The notes: generated by a model not told the origin, from the letters alone. Numbered from the stretch's first letter, positions 34,160 through 47,150 are shown. The stretch: 64,000 nt of DNA from Azolla caroliniana (GCA_043228905.1 JBHGNT010000110.1:18326-82325); one strand, 5' to 3'. Numbers and translations are program-made.

Positions 34160-37100
34160 GTTGCACACTATGTGGAAATTATATTTTTGTCCCTCCGGAT
34201 AGAGAATGGAGTGCTCGGTGAGAACCGGAAGAAAACGGCATACCGACAAGGAGGAAAACGGCATACCGGCAAGGAGGAAAAACGGCATACCGGCAAGGAG
34301 GAAAACGGCATACCGGCAAGGAAGAAAACGGCATACCGGCAAAGAAGAGACATAAATGTAAAAAAAAAGGGGGAAATACTCACTACTGCGCAGGGCGTGA
34401 TTCAAACTCTGCACCTCCACGTTGACAAACCCCAACCTTACCATTACATTAAATTATCTTAAGTGTTTTAAATATATATTTAATAGGTATAAGACCTTTA
34501 TTTATGCATACCTTTATTAAAAGGTAAATCGTGTATTTTTTAATATATGAAAAAAAAGAAAAGAAAAGAAAAACACGAGACACTAAAAAATAACTCATGC
34601 ACATCTAGCGTGCATGAGCCCTATACTTAGGAAATAAAAAAAAAGCATCACATACACATTTAGTGGACATGAACACTTTTTGTAAAAAAAAAAAAAAAAA
34701 AGCATGAAGCCATGCTTAGCTCTTCCTCCCTTATATAAGGAGGAGAGAAATATGTATATGGTTGTTGATTATTTGGATTAAGTATTAATCAATACAAAAA
34801 TTATTCGTGGGATTCACGATTTATACATCTACTTCTCTCTTAACACCCTAAGTACCAATTAATATAGTATACTCGTGTGATTCACGAGTTTCTTATCCTT
34901 CTCTTTGCTATTTACTCATAATTAATCTCTATCTCACGAACTTCTTTCTCCTAGTCCAAGACCTCTGTGGTTCCCACCCGACTCACGCAACGATCCGGAG
35001 CCGAAAGGCACGACACCGTACTCTGGGCCACGCGTCTCCACCGTCTTCTCAGCCGCTCATTTGGACCGTGCTTTCGGCTGCACATCTCGACTATGCTCTT
35101 TGTCACGCGTCTTGGCCGTCGTTTGTCGGCCATCACTTGGCCGTACTCTCGGTCTGGCTGGTTATATGACCGCCTAGCCGGACCGGCTGTCCGGTTGGCT
35201 GTTGGCACCAACTGTCGCCGTCTATCTGTTGGCCGCCGGTCCTGGTCCATCCGTTGTACAACGGTCGTCCGTATCCGGTGTCATCTATGGTTGCTAGACA
35301 CCGGTTGTCTGGCTGTCTGTCGGCCTTTTTAATTCGCCGGTCGTCTCTCAGTCGTTACTCGGTTGTTGGCCATCCCTGAACCCTGGCATGTTGTCAGAAC
35401 TCACAATGAGTGCATACGTTTCTCTATTGATAGAATAACAGGTGCTTCATCATGTCCAGTGATAGGAGATACGCCGCACACCCTATGCAATAGATGTTGA
35501 AGGACTTGTAGTTTGATCCCATTTTGTACTTGTTGATTACCACAGCTGAGAGTGACAGAGGCAATAGTTGATTGCCCACAATAGCACAAGGATGAAGGCC
35601 ACCATGTCCACACCTAGATACTGCCCTCGTTTTTGTAAAAGGCATAGGTCAGAATAGGAAAGAGTTCATCTTTTCTGCTTTAGTGCTGAAGACGAGGCCA
35701 TTGACATTGATTACAGCACAAGAATAGGGGAAAAGAAGGAGTGGGATATACCATGGGTCTGAAAGATTGAGTCTGTCTCCTTCTGCGATGACCAAAATAC
35801 AACTTGTGGTAGCACGTGTTGCAGCAAGGTAAAATGATCTTGCATGTTGATCTTCAAATCGAGAAGAGAACCAGTAAGGGGGTGTAGGTAGTTGGATGAG
35901 ATGATGATCCGAGATGATGACAATTAGAATCACAATAGTAGCTTGCTTATGTCGTAGTTAATGACGAAGCAAAATCAGAAATCATTTTTGAAGAGGAATT
36001 AACACACATTTGCGGGACAAAAACCTTGTGCTACTTGATCACACTGAACAACCAAGAGCAAGCAAGAAGTTTAGGGTTATAGGAAAGAGAAATAGATAGA
36101 CTTCCTCTAAGGGGTATTGTGGAGATCTCCATCAAAGTTTGGTTGTCACACAAAGAGTCCACGTACAAACCACACTCTCCAACACAGATACAGATAGACA
36201 TGTAGAGAGGGAGAGAACGAGGGATTAGTTAGGGATTAGTGATGGAGCTAGAGATTGAGGGAGAGTGAAACTTTTTCTCAAGGGAGGGTTGTCCCACCCG
36301 GTGTGCCAAAAGTGTTGTCGGGGTGGAGGGTGAAGCCTAGAATGGCTTCACCCCCCTCCCAAGGGGGTTACAATAGAGAGAGAGGAGAGAGTGAAAATAA
36401 GAATGACACCAAAATAAGAGGAAAAAAGTGTATATCTCATTACATGCTCATAAGGGGTTTATATAATACATCCAATATAACGGTTACATAACCGTTATAA
36501 ATAAGACCATTACATTCTTGTACACATGCACGTAATTGTGCATGTGTCCATACACATACTTACACACTCATTTACTTTACATATACACATCAACCACATC
36601 ATTACACCTACCCTTATGCTTCCTCGTATATTCTTACGGTGTCGTGAAGAAAACCGGCCATAGGCGGAATCAGAGAAAAAGGCGCATCAACCGGCTCTTA
36701 CATGGGTGGACGCGTGAATTGATATTTTGTACATGATTCATAATTGGGTCGGTTGATGTAAATACTAGGTAGTATACAATTATTAGGGGATTGTGCGTAT
36801 CTCTATCGAAAAGGGACAGGGAATAAAGCGGTTTTGACTAGGGAGAAAGGGGCACCCCCTTTTTGCGAACTATTTAAGGAGGGAGAGAAGGAAGAAAAGG
36901 GACCGCGTGTTAGGGAGGACGAAGTGTTGCAGGACCGGGTGCCAAGCTCTCTCTCCTCCTCCCATCGTCATTCTCTGTGGGTGTTGGGAGTTCGACGCCT
37001 CTGCTTCGTGGCTAGCCCGTGCGCTGCCAGCAGAGGCTCTCCCTTCTACGTTGTCGAGGTATTCCTCGCGGATGCGTGGAATGAGGCGGGACCTCGGGGG

Positions 37101-37781
37101 TCTTGTACCGAAGAGCAAGAGAGAAAGGAGAAGGGAGGGGACCCACTACGTGCGAGCGTAGATTCACAGGGACACGGCCCTTCGACACAAAGACGTGAGT
37201 GGGACACCGACACATAGAGACACGAATGTATGTAAATATATATATTAACAAACCAAACAACAAGAAGCACGAAGTCGGTTACAACCGAACAGGCCGGCGA
37301 ACAGATGTCAATGCCTGTTTGTAAACGCACAGAAAGAAAGGAGTAGGTTGGAGGTGCTGCCGGAAGCACTCGGGCATTCCTCAGAGCAGCGCGAGCCTCC
37401 CGAAACCTGCACAGAAAGAAGCCACGGAGCTTGGGGGAGAGAGAGAGAGAAGCCTTTCACCCCCCCCCAAATCGACAGCACTTCGTCCTCCTCTCCGCGC
37501 GATCCCCTCCCCCCCTCCTCGTCTCCCTCCTCTTATAGGCAAGGAAGGAGCCGTTTCCCATTAACTTCCCACCTACCGAATCTACCTACCTAGGATCTTC
37601 TATGTACGTAATTCTCTCTTATGTACAATATAAGGCGTATGTGCATGAAGAGCCGGTTCCTACGCTCCGGTGTACCGATTCCGCTTGTGGGCGGTTTTCT
37701 TCACGACATCCGCCCCCACCTAACCGCGCATCCTCCGGCATGCGCCAAATTGAGTCAGGACGGAGAAAACTGGTCCAGCCT

Positions 37782-40637
37782 TCATCCCTCGCCCGTCGGT
37801 TCTTCCTCGGTTTCGGATCGTTCGTCGTTGCGGTCCAGGTTAACCGGATCCGGCTCGTCGTCGTGACGCTTTTTGAACGCTTTGATCCGCTTCCCAGCTA
37901 CCGGTATCGCCATTCTCATGCCGTCGAGTTCCGCCAGATGGTACATCCCGTTGTCGTTGGCGCTTTGTACCACGTAAGGTCCGAACCACCTTCTCGCGAA
38001 CTTTCGTGTCGCTCGGTGCTGGTTGTCGAGGCTGCTGTCGTAGACTAGCACCCAGTCGACTTCCTCGATCTTCTTCGGTCGGAGCCGGTGCGTTCGGTCG
38101 AACCGGGCTTTGTTCCTCGTCCTTGACACCCGAAGCTTTCCCGCGGCCTGCTCCACGTCCTCCGGTCTTCGCTCGAGCTGTCATATGCGCGCCGCCAACA
38201 GTTCCTCCCGGCTCATCTCGTCTCTCCAGTCCACGGTTCCCCACGAGGAGATCGTACGTTCCATCGGCATGATCGGCTTCTGCCCAAACATGAGCTCTGT
38301 CGGCATGAATCTGGTTACCGAACTGTGCATAGTTCGGTCTGCCCACAACACGTAAGGCAGCAGCCGCGGCCAGTTCCCGACTTGTCCCCCGCATGCCCGA
38401 ACTAACGCCTTGACGATCGGTCCGTGTCCGCACTCCACCTTCCCATTCGCCTCCGGATTGTACGCAGTGGTAAGCGAGAGCTTGACTCCTAGCCGGTCGA
38501 ACAGCTCTTCGGCCTCTTCGGCGTCCAACTCCCCGTGATCAGCCACGATCTTCCCGACGCACCCGTACCGGCATATCACGTCCTCGATCAGGAACCGACA
38601 TACGGCCGCGGTCGTTTTGTTCTGAAGGGCTTGGCCTTCCACCTGGTTCGTCAGATCTTCCCGAGCCAGGACCAGATACTGCATCTGTCCTACTCCCATC
38701 GGCATCGTCACCAGATCTACCATCCATTTGAAGTGGATGGTCGGAGGGTACGTAGGGTGAAGCCCGTCCCGATGTCGGACTATGGAGTGCATCTGACAGC
38801 TCTCGCAAGTTGTCACAAACCGATGCACGTCCCGGTACAGTCCCGGCCACCAGTACTTCCCCTTTATCTTCTCGAACGTGGCCCACGTTCCACGGTGTCC
38901 AGCCCAAGGGCTGTCGTGGTAGGCCGTCAGCAGCTCCTCCTGTTCTTCCTTCATCGTCACCACCCGGAGCGGGACGCCGTTCCTCTTCTTCGGGTGCTTC
39001 CATAAGTATCCGTCCCGGAGAAAGAATCGGTATGCTTTCTTCCGGATCCGGTTGGCCTCGTCTCTCGTCCATGACGCATCCGGCGTCATTGTCCTCAAGA
39101 AACCACCGATCTGCAGCCACTCGCCGTCGTACTTGCTCTCGTCGAAGCCGTTAAGTGCCGGAGCGCTCGTCCCATCGGTCGTCACGTACGCTGCTCCGAA
39201 GAAGTCCACGCCGACTTCTTCGTCCTCCGAAACCATGCCACCCTCGTCATCAAACCTCGCCCTCGAAAGCATGTCGGCCATGGCGTTGTCTTTTCCGGAA
39301 ATGTGTCGTATTTCCGGGTCTAGGGACTTGATGTACGCTATCCACCTGAGCATTGCCAGGTCCGGTGTCGCGCATCCGGAAACCATGCCGAGAATTGGCA
39401 GGCAATCTGTCTCAATAATCACTTCTGTCCCGATCAGGTAGTCTTTGTCGGCCTTTACTGCCGAAATGATACCCCAGAGTTTGCGTTTAACCTGGGCGTA
39501 CCCTCGCTGTCGCTCACTGAGGACCTTTGCGCCGAATCGGATCGGGAACCGAATGCCGTCCTCGTTTTCTTGGTTGAAGACCCATCCGATCCCGGTCGGA
39601 CTCGTATCCACCGTTATGTATACCGGGGTACCCTTATCGTAGACAGCCCTCCGGAGCGCCAGTGCTGCCGCAAGAGCTTCCTTCAGCTTCCGTACCGACT
39701 CCGTGTGCTCGTCCCGCCACTCGAATTTTCGCCCCTTCTTCAGCAACCCGTATAGCGGTTCCACAACGTGGGCGTAATGCGGGATCCATATGTGGTAGAA
39801 TGCGCATGCCCCCAGGAACCTCCGAACTTCCGTAACCGAGCTACAGTCGGTTTTCATCGCGGAGATGGCTTCTACCTTTGCCGGAGACGGCTTCCGGCCA
39901 TATGGTCCACATATGTGTCCGACCACCAGGATTTCTGATTGCCCGAAGGCCGATTTCTCCCCGGAGAAGGTGAGCCTCGCATCCTCTAGCCTTTGTAGCA
40001 CCTTCTCGCAGTCGTCGATGTGTGTTGCCACGAATCGCCGGCACCCGTCCGGCCCGAGTGTCGCGTCCTTCTCTTCCACCGGGCACCCCTTGATCGGGAT
40101 GTCGTCTAGAAATGGCATGGTGATGTCCGGGATGCAATCCCTCAGTACCTTGTTCATTGCATTCACCATGTGGGCCACCGAGTTGGTCCCTCCTTGTGGC
40201 AGGGTACACATTCGCACTAGGCCGAGGGGAGTTCGCATCGTCGTAATATCTCTGCTCTCCACGGCTAGCTGGAACTGGTCGTACCCCGAGTACAGATCAC
40301 CGACCGAGTAAATCGACCTTCCGGCTAAGGCCTCCGCGATCTCGTCTATGGTCGGTCCGATTCCTGCGTTCCGAATGGTCGCTCTGTTGACTGGCTGCAG
40401 GTCTTGAATGAAGCGCAATGCTCCGTTTTTCTTCGGTACGGTAAACCATCGGTTCGAGTATGGGGCACTTGACGGTTCGAGAATGCCCATATCGACTTTC
40501 TGCCTCAATAGCTCCATCAACTTCGGGATGTGAGCTCTCGGTACTGGAATCAGCTTGAGATTCCATGGTACATGCGGTACCGTGAATATCACCATCGGCT
40601 CCACGATCGTCGGGTCTACGCACCCGATCTCTTCCGG
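37782..40637 (-). pseudogene. Gypsy H pol, 3' part (RT-RNase H-IN)
   Basis: ORFs 38181-40655 and 37782-38156; nearly identical in protein to pol of G. Confidence 0.9.
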
Positions 40638-41508
40638 TGTCGAGATATTACGCAAGTGCGTGTGGAATAGAGGCGGGACCGCGGGGGTCTCGAACCAAAG
40701 AGCAAGCGAGGGAGGAGAAAGAGAGAGAACCGGCTACGCAGGACCGGGGATACACAGGGACACGGCCCTTCAGCACGGAGAACGCGAACAGACACCGACA
40801 CAGACGGATGCGAATGACTAAATATGTGTATTAACAAAATGGCTAACACGACTACAACCCCCGATGGGGCACAGGTTGGTTGCAACCGAACAGGCCGGCG
40901 AACAGATGCCGATGCCTGTTCGCTTCGACGCACAAATGGGGAAATGGGGGGGGGGTAGCAGGTCGGAGGTGCTGCCGGAAGCACTCGGGCGTTCCTCGAA
41001 ACAGCGCGAGCCTCCCCGGAACCCTGCACAGAAAGCTTTGGAGCTCAAGAAGGAAGGAAACAGAGAGAGCGAAGCGTCCAGAAACGGTCCGACAGCACTT
41101 CGTCCTCTCCGCGCCAGATCCCTGCAACAGCTCTTTCCCGCTCCTTATATAGGCCGACGAACAGGCCGTCGTGTCAGCTTTATTCCCTGTCCCTTTTGGA
41201 CAGGGATCCGCTCCGTTTTTCACGGATCCGCGTAGTTACGCCGCCGACTCGTACAGTTCGCGCGCGCGACCGAAAAGACTGTTCGCGCGGTCTTTGTCTC
41301 CACTTGAGTTAGGGCCCGTTCCTGCCGATTATCCTCTCAATTCGTTTCTATGTACAACTCGGAGCGTGCGCGCGTGAAGAACCGGTTCCCACGCCTTGGT
41401 GCGCCGATTCCGCCTATAGACGGTTTTCTTCACGACATCCGCCCCCACCTAACCGCGCATCCTCCGGTATGCGCCAAGAGAGTTGGGACGGAGAAAACCG
41501 GCCCGTCT

Positions 41509-44500
41509 TCATTCCTCGCCCGTCGGTTCTTCTTCATTTTCGGATCGTTCGTCATTGCCGACCAGGAGAGCCGGGTCTGGCTCGTCGTCGTGTCGCTTCT
41601 TGAACGCTTTGATCCGCTTCCCTGCAACCGGTATCGCCATTCTCGTGCCGTCAAGTTCCGCCAGGTGATATGTCCCGTTGTCATTGGCACTCCGTACCAC
41701 GTAAGGCCCGAACCACCTTCGTGCGAACTTCCGTGTGGCTCGGTGCTGGTTGTCGAGGCTGCTGTCGTAGACGAGCACCCAGTCACCTTCTTCGATTTTC
41801 TTCGGTCGTAGCCGGTGCGTTCGGTCGAACCGGGCTTTGTTCTTTGTCCTCGCCACCCGGAGCTTCTCCGTAGCCAGTGCCACGTCCTCCGGCCTCCGCT
41901 CGAGCTGTCGTATACGTGCGACCAACAACTCCTCCCGGCTCATCTCGTCCCTCCAGTCGACCGCTGCCCACGAGGAGATCGTCCGTTCAACCGGCATGAT
42001 CGGCTTCTGGCCGAACATGAGCTCCGTCGGCATGTACCCGGTTACCGAACTGTGCGTGGTCCGGTCTGCCCACAAAGCATAAGGTAGCAGCCGCGGCCAG
42101 TTACCGACTTGGCCTCCGCATGCCCGAATCAACGCCTTGACGATCGGTCCGTGTCCGCGCTCCACCTTTCCATTCGCCTCCGGATTGTACGCAGTGGTGA
42201 GCGAGAGCTTGACTCCAAGCCGGTCGAACAGCTCCGCGGCCTCTTCGGCGTCCAACTCCCCTCGGTCAGCCACGATCTTCCCGACGCACCCGTACCGGCA
42301 TATCACGTCCTCGACTAGGAACCGACACACGGCCGCGGTCGTCTTGTTCTGAAGGGCTCGGCCTTCCACCTGGTTCGTCAGGTCTTCCCGCGCTAGGACC
42401 AGATACCGCATCTGTCCTACCCCCATCGGCATCGTCACCAGATCTACCATCCATTTGAAGTGGATAGTCGGAGGGTACGTAGGGTGAAGCCCGTCCCGGT
42501 GTCGGACTATCGAGTGCATCTGACAACTCTCGCAAGTTGACACGAACCGATGCACGTCCCGGTACAATCCCGGCCACCAGTACTTTCCCTTCAGCTTCTC
42601 AAACGTCGCCCACGTTCCACGGTGTCCAGCCCAAGGGCTGTCGTGGTAGGCCGCCAGTAGCTCCTCCTGCTCTTCCTTCATCGCCACCACTCGGAGCGGG
42701 ACGCCGTCCCTCTTCTTCGGGTGCTTCCATAGATGCCCATCTCGGAGAAAGAATCGATATGCTTTCTTCCGGATCCGGTTGGCCTCGTCCTTCGTCCATG
42801 ACGCATCGGGCGTCATCGTCTTCAAAAACCCGCCGATCTGCAGCCATTCCCCGTCGTACTTGCTCGCGTCGAACTCGTTAAGCGCCGGAGTGCTCATCCC
42901 GTCGGTCGTTATGTATGCCGCCTCGAAGAAATCCACGCCGACTTCTTCGTCTTCCGAAACCATGCCGCCCTCGTCGTCGTACCTCGCCCTCGAAAGCATG
43001 TCGGCCATGGCGTTGTCTTTCCCGGAAATGTGTCGTATTTCCGGGTCCAGGGACTTGATGTACGCTATCCACCTGAGCATCGCCAGGTCCGGAGTCGCGC
43101 ATCCGGAAACCATACCGAGAATCGGCAGGCAATCCGTCTCGATGATCACTTCCGTCCCTATCAGGTAGTCTTTGTCGGCCTTAACCGCCGAAACAATACC
43201 CCAGAGTTCGCGTTTAACCTGGGCGTACCCTCGCTGCCGTTCACTGAGGACTTTCGCGCCGAATCGGATCGGAAACCGATTGCCGTCCTCGTCTTCCTGG
43301 TTCACGACCCATCCGATCCCGGTCGGACTGGTATCCACCGTTATGAATACCGGGGTACCCTTCCCGTAAACCGCCTTCCGGAGTGCCGGTGCCGCTGCAA
43401 GGGCCTCTTTCAGCTTCCGGACCGATTCCGCGTGCTTGTCTAGCCATTCGAACCTTCGCCCCTTTTTCAGCAACCCGTACAGTGGCTCCGCGACGTGTGC
43501 GTAATGCGGGATCCATATGTGGTAGAACGCGCATGCCCCCAGGAATCTCCGTACTTCCGTGACCGAGCTGCAGTCGGGCTTCATCGCGGAGATGGCTTCT
43601 ACCTTCGCCGGAGACGGTTTCCGGCCATATGGTCCGCACAGGTGTCCGACCACCATGATTTCTGACTGCCCGAAGGCCGACTTCTCCCCGGAGAAGGTGA
43701 GTCTCGCATCCTCTAGCCTTTGCAGCACCTTCTCGCAGTCGTCGACGTGCGTCGCCACGAATCGCCGGCATCCGTCCGGCCCGATCGTCTCGTCCTTTTC
43801 TTCCACCGGGCATCCCTTGATCGGGATGTCGTCCAGAAACGGCATGGTAATGTCCGGGACACAGTCCCTCAGAACCTTGTTCATCGCATTCACCATGTGG
43901 GCCACCGAGTTGGTCCCTCCTTGCGGCAGTGTACACATCCGAACTAGGCCGAGGGGAGTTCGCATCGTCGTAAGGTCTCTGCTCTCCACGGCCAGCTGGA
44001 ACTGGTCGTACCCTGAGTATAGATCCCCGACCGAGTAAATTGACCTTCCGGCGAAGGCCTCCGCGAACTCGTCTATGGTCGGTCCGATTCCTGCGTTCCG
44101 AATGGTCACTCGATTGACCGGCTGCAGGTCCTGGATGAAGCGCAGCGAACCGTTTTTCTTCGGTACGGTAAACCATCGATTCGAATATGGGGCGCTCGAC
44201 GGCTCGAGAATTCCCATATCAACTTTCTGCCTCAGCAGCTCCATCAACTTCGGGATGTGAGCTCTCGGAACCGGGATTGGCTTGAGATTCCATGGTACAT
44301 GCGGTACCGTGAATATCACCATCGGCTCCACGATCGTCGGGTCAACGCACCCGATTTCCTCCGGCGAGAATGCGAAGGCTTTCCCGTGCCTTCCGAGCAT
44401 TCTCCGAAACCGGTCTTCCTCCGCCGGCAGTAGGAACCCGCCCCCACCGATTTTGAGCTCTCGGAGCGTCTCGTCAGTGAAGGTGTGCCCTATGCAGGCC

Positions 44501-44892
44501 GGATCTCGTAGACTAGGGTCTGATGCAACCCCTTTGATTCTCGACGCGCTGTCCTCCGGTAAGGGTGCCGCTACTGGCCTTACCTTCCGGTCCACAGTCT
44601 TGTACTTGGTGTTTACGTGGGCCGTCCGAACTGACTCGAGCCCTCGACCGAAGTCCGCGATGACTTCGTACATCTCCTCGGAACACACCGGTATCGTCCG
44701 GTTGTCGTTAAGGCCTTCTTCGACTACCTTTCCCAGCATTCCCAAGGTGTCGTCGAATGAGACCGCCTCCACGGCTCCGTTGATTTCCTCGTCCGGGCCG
44801 AGAACTCCGCACGCTCGAAGTCTCGCCTCCGTCTTTGTTTTCTCTCGGCCGGCGATGCCGACCATCGCACACGCTCCGCTGTCGGAGAACAA
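41509..44892 (-). CDS. Gypsy G pol (RT-RNase H-IN); frame stays open up to the slippery site at 45000-45006
   Basis: 1127-aa ORF with all RT, RNase H and integrase motifs. Confidence 0.95.
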   Translation of the reverse strand: MFSDSGACAMVGIAGREKTKTEARLRACGVLGPDEEINGAVEAVSFDDTLGMLGKVVEEGLNDNRTIPVCSEEMYEVIADFGRGLESVRTAHVNTKYKTVDRKVRPVAAPLPEDSASRIKGVASDPSLRDPACIGHTFTDETLRELKIGGGGFLLPAEEDRFRRMLGRHGKAFAFSPEEIGCVDPTIVEPMVIFTVPHVPWNLKPIPVPRAHIPKLMELLRQKVDMGILEPSSAPYSNRWFTVPKKNGSLRFIQDLQPVNRVTIRNAGIGPTIDEFAEAFAGRSIYSVGDLYSGYDQFQLAVESRDLTTMRTPLGLVRMCTLPQGGTNSVAHMVNAMNKVLRDCVPDITMPFLDDIPIKGCPVEEKDETIGPDGCRRFVATHVDDCEKVLQRLEDARLTFSGEKSAFGQSEIMVVGHLCGPYGRKPSPAKVEAISAMKPDCSSVTEVRRFLGACAFYHIWIPHYAHVAEPLYGLLKKGRRFEWLDKHAESVRKLKEALAAAPALRKAVYGKGTPVFITVDTSPTGIGWVVNQEDEDGNRFPIRFGAKVLSERQRGYAQVKRELWGIVSAVKADKDYLIGTEVIIETDCLPILGMVSGCATPDLAMLRWIAYIKSLDPEIRHISGKDNAMADMLSRARYDDEGGMVSEDEEVGVDFFEAAYITTDGMSTPALNEFDASKYDGEWLQIGGFLKTMTPDASWTKDEANRIRKKAYRFFLRDGHLWKHPKKRDGVPLRVVAMKEEQEELLAAYHDSPWAGHRGTWATFEKLKGKYWWPGLYRDVHRFVSTCESCQMHSIVRHRDGLHPTYPPTIHFKWMVDLVTMPMGVGQMRYLVLAREDLTNQVEGRALQNKTTAAVCRFLVEDVICRYGCVGKIVADRGELDAEEAAELFDRLGVKLSLTTAYNPEANGKVERGHGPIVKALIRACGGQVGNWPRLLPYALWADRTTHSSVTGYMPTELMFGQKPIMPVERTISSWAAVDWRDEMSREELLVARIRQLERRPEDVALATEKLRVARTKNKARFDRTHRLRPKKIEEGDWVLVYDSSLDNQHRATRKFARRWFGPYVVRSANDNGTYHLAELDGTRMAIPVAGKRIKAFKKRHDDEPDPALLVGNDERSENEEEPTGEE

Positions 44893-44996
44893 AAATTCCC
44901 TACCTATGGTACAAGGTTTCTTCGGTTTTATCGTACAGGTGTGGGGTTTTCCCGGGGTGTCCGGACTGTCGCGGCCCCACGCCTTGGCAGCCCTCT

Positions 44997-47150
44997 CTAA
45001 AAATCCTCTCGGTTATCGGAACCGAGGGAGTCGCGGTTACGCTCGTGGTTCGGCCTAACCGTCAAAAACTGGACCGAATGGCGGCCGTCCTGGCTCTTGA
45101 CCCGCGCATAGGCCGAACCATTGTCCAGCACCTTGGTCTCCATTCGCGCCGCCGTGATGTACGGCTCTCCCAGTATGACCGGATGCGAAGACGTCTCCTG
45201 CACGAAGAAGTGCTGGTCAATCTCGACGTCGCCGATCTTGACTCGCACATTCGGACAGGCCCCGTGCAGTTCCTCGGTGGCGCGCGTTGCTGCCCTTATT
45301 TTCCACCCGTGCTTGGTGTTGATCGGCCATTTGCCCTTCTTATAGAAGTCCATGGACATCAAATTGATCTCCGATCCGTGGTCCACCAAAGCTATCACCG
45401 GTTCCTGGACATCGCCGATCTTCACCGGGGTTTCCGTGGTCGCTCGGGCCCAGTGCGGTCTCGAATAGTGGCTTTCCGCCCACTCGTCTCCCAGCGCCAT
45501 GTCGTCTAGGTGCGTCGTCCGCACTTCCACCGGTCTTTCCGGTTCTGTCTCCGTTGACAGCCTCTTCCGTTTCACCAAGTCCACGATGGAGTCGTGGAAC
45601 TCCTTCTTGGCGATTCCAAGCACCTCCCGTAGCGACAGCTCCACCTTGCTGTCGAGGATCCGTTCCTCCAGGACCTTTCGTAAGTCCGTGGTTCTTTCTA
45701 TCTCCGTCCCCAGACGGTACCCGCCCTTCTGGGGTTTATCTTGCGTACCGGCCCTGCCGGCTTCGTCCCGTCGTGGCCCGGACCGGGTCTCGTATCGTTG
45801 TGAGGGCCCGGTCGTCCCGGGTTTTCCCACCCGCTTCTCTTCTACCAGAGCCTCGTAGTTCCGGCAAGCGGCTTCCACGAAGCCCGTCCTTTCCTCGACC
45901 GGGTCGCTCCACCCGGTCATCTCCCGTACCCGTTTCTCCGCACGGTCCGATTCCTCCCTTTTAAGCCCTGCACCGGCAAGGCCTTCCAGCATCGTCGGCC
46001 AGAATCCGGCTTTGCTTTCCTTTCGGGCCTCGCCGCCCCCGACTCGAATGCCGGCCGACGCCGAGTAGTGGACGGTTTCCGCGTGTCGGGCCGCCGCCTC
46101 TTCCATCAACCTTTTCATACCACCCTTTCCGTCGTTTCGGCTCAGGGCCCTTCGGGTGTCGCTGGCATGCACCCGTCCTTCCCACAGGTACACCACCCGG
46201 TCCCTCAGCGCCTCCGCGAAGTCGCCGCAGTCCTTCCGAACGTGGCCGACTTCATCGCACCACATGCACCTGTTTCCTGCCGCCGGCCGTCGGTCACGAG
46301 CCGGTTCGCCTCCTTCCCTTCGGGCCTGCGCGATTTGGAGGTCCTTTATCGCCTTCGTCAATTCCTCCAGCGCCGCTCCTCCGGTTGAGCCTCTGACTAC
46401 GCCGGTCGAAGCCGAACCGGTTTCCAACCACTCCCGGGTCTCTTCCTTGCGCACCTGTGGCGCTGGTTCGAGCTTCCTTGCTGCGACCGAGCCCGACCCA
46501 GTCGCCCCGTTATCCGCCCATTCTCGCCGTTTGTCGAAACGGCCACAGACCTTCCTGACAGCCGCCCAGTCGGTAGTGAGCCCGTCTTCGGTTTCCAGCA
46601 AGAGGCCCACTTGCTCCCGATCCCGCTCGTCGACCGACTTGACAAACAGCAAGACCCGGCTCGTGTCCAGGATGGTTCGGTCGAGCGCCGAAAGGCGCGC
46701 AAAGTTTTCCTCGAACTCCCGGAGGAGTGCCGACGCGTTTCTTCCCTTCCCCGGGGACTCCACCCATTCCATGAACCTTCGCTTCGAAAGCCGGAGCGCG
46801 TCGTCCAGCCCGTATTTCTCTAGGAGCCGACCTTCGAACTCCTCCCAGGTACGGCTCTCCGCCCGCACCTCGAGCACCTCCGCATGGATGCTCGGCATTG
46901 CCACTCGGGGAAAACCGGCAAGACGCCTTTCTTCCGGAATGTCCCGCATCAACATTTCTGCACCGTAGGACGCCAGATACTTCGTGGCATCCCTCCCATC
47001 GAACCGGCCGATCGTGCCGACGACCGCCTCAATAGCTCTGTCGAGGGCACCGGTACCCTCGCGCGCGTTTACGATCCGATCCACGGCCGAAGCCATGGCC
47101 TCTGCGAGATCCGACCCCCTCATCTTCTGCTCTTCTGCCGCCTCTTTCAC
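44997..47150 (-). CDS. Gypsy G gag-protease
   Basis: 717-aa ORF; CMWCDEVGHVRKDC knuckle; LVDHGSEIN protease; ends REDF-stop. Confidence 0.93.
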   Translation of the reverse strand: MKEAAEEQKMRGSDLAEAMASAVDRIVNAREGTGALDRAIEAVVGTIGRFDGRDATKYLASYGAEMLMRDIPEERRLAGFPRVAMPSIHAEVLEVRAESRTWEEFEGRLLEKYGLDDALRLSKRRFMEWVESPGKGRNASALLREFEENFARLSALDRTILDTSRVLLFVKSVDERDREQVGLLLETEDGLTTDWAAVRKVCGRFDKRREWADNGATGSGSVAARKLEPAPQVRKEETREWLETGSASTGVVRGSTGGAALEELTKAIKDLQIAQARREGGEPARDRRPAAGNRCMWCDEVGHVRKDCGDFAEALRDRVVYLWEGRVHASDTRRALSRNDGKGGMKRLMEEAAARHAETVHYSASAGIRVGGGEARKESKAGFWPTMLEGLAGAGLKREESDRAEKRVREMTGWSDPVEERTGFVEAACRNYEALVEEKRVGKPGTTGPSQRYETRSGPRRDEAGRAGTQDKPQKGGYRLGTEIERTTDLRKVLEERILDSKVELSLREVLGIAKKEFHDSIVDLVKRKRLSTETEPERPVEVRTTHLDDMALGDEWAESHYSRPHWARATTETPVKIGDVQEPVIALVDHGSEINLMSMDFYKKGKWPINTKHGWKIRAATRATEELHGACPNVRVKIGDVEIDQHFFVQETSSHPVILGEPYITAARMETKVLDNGSAYARVKSQDGRHSVQFLTVRPNHERNRDSLGSDNREDF

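Larger units (their letters stand above)
27636..35015 (+). mobile_element. Full-length Ty3/Gypsy element F (non-chromovirus, possibly Phygy-like)
   Basis: LTRs 27636-28479 and 34147-35015 (TGTCG...CGACA); TSD CCGT; PBS TGGTGAACCCGACGTGA 28484-28500; PPT GGAGGGGGCGAG. Confidence 0.95.
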
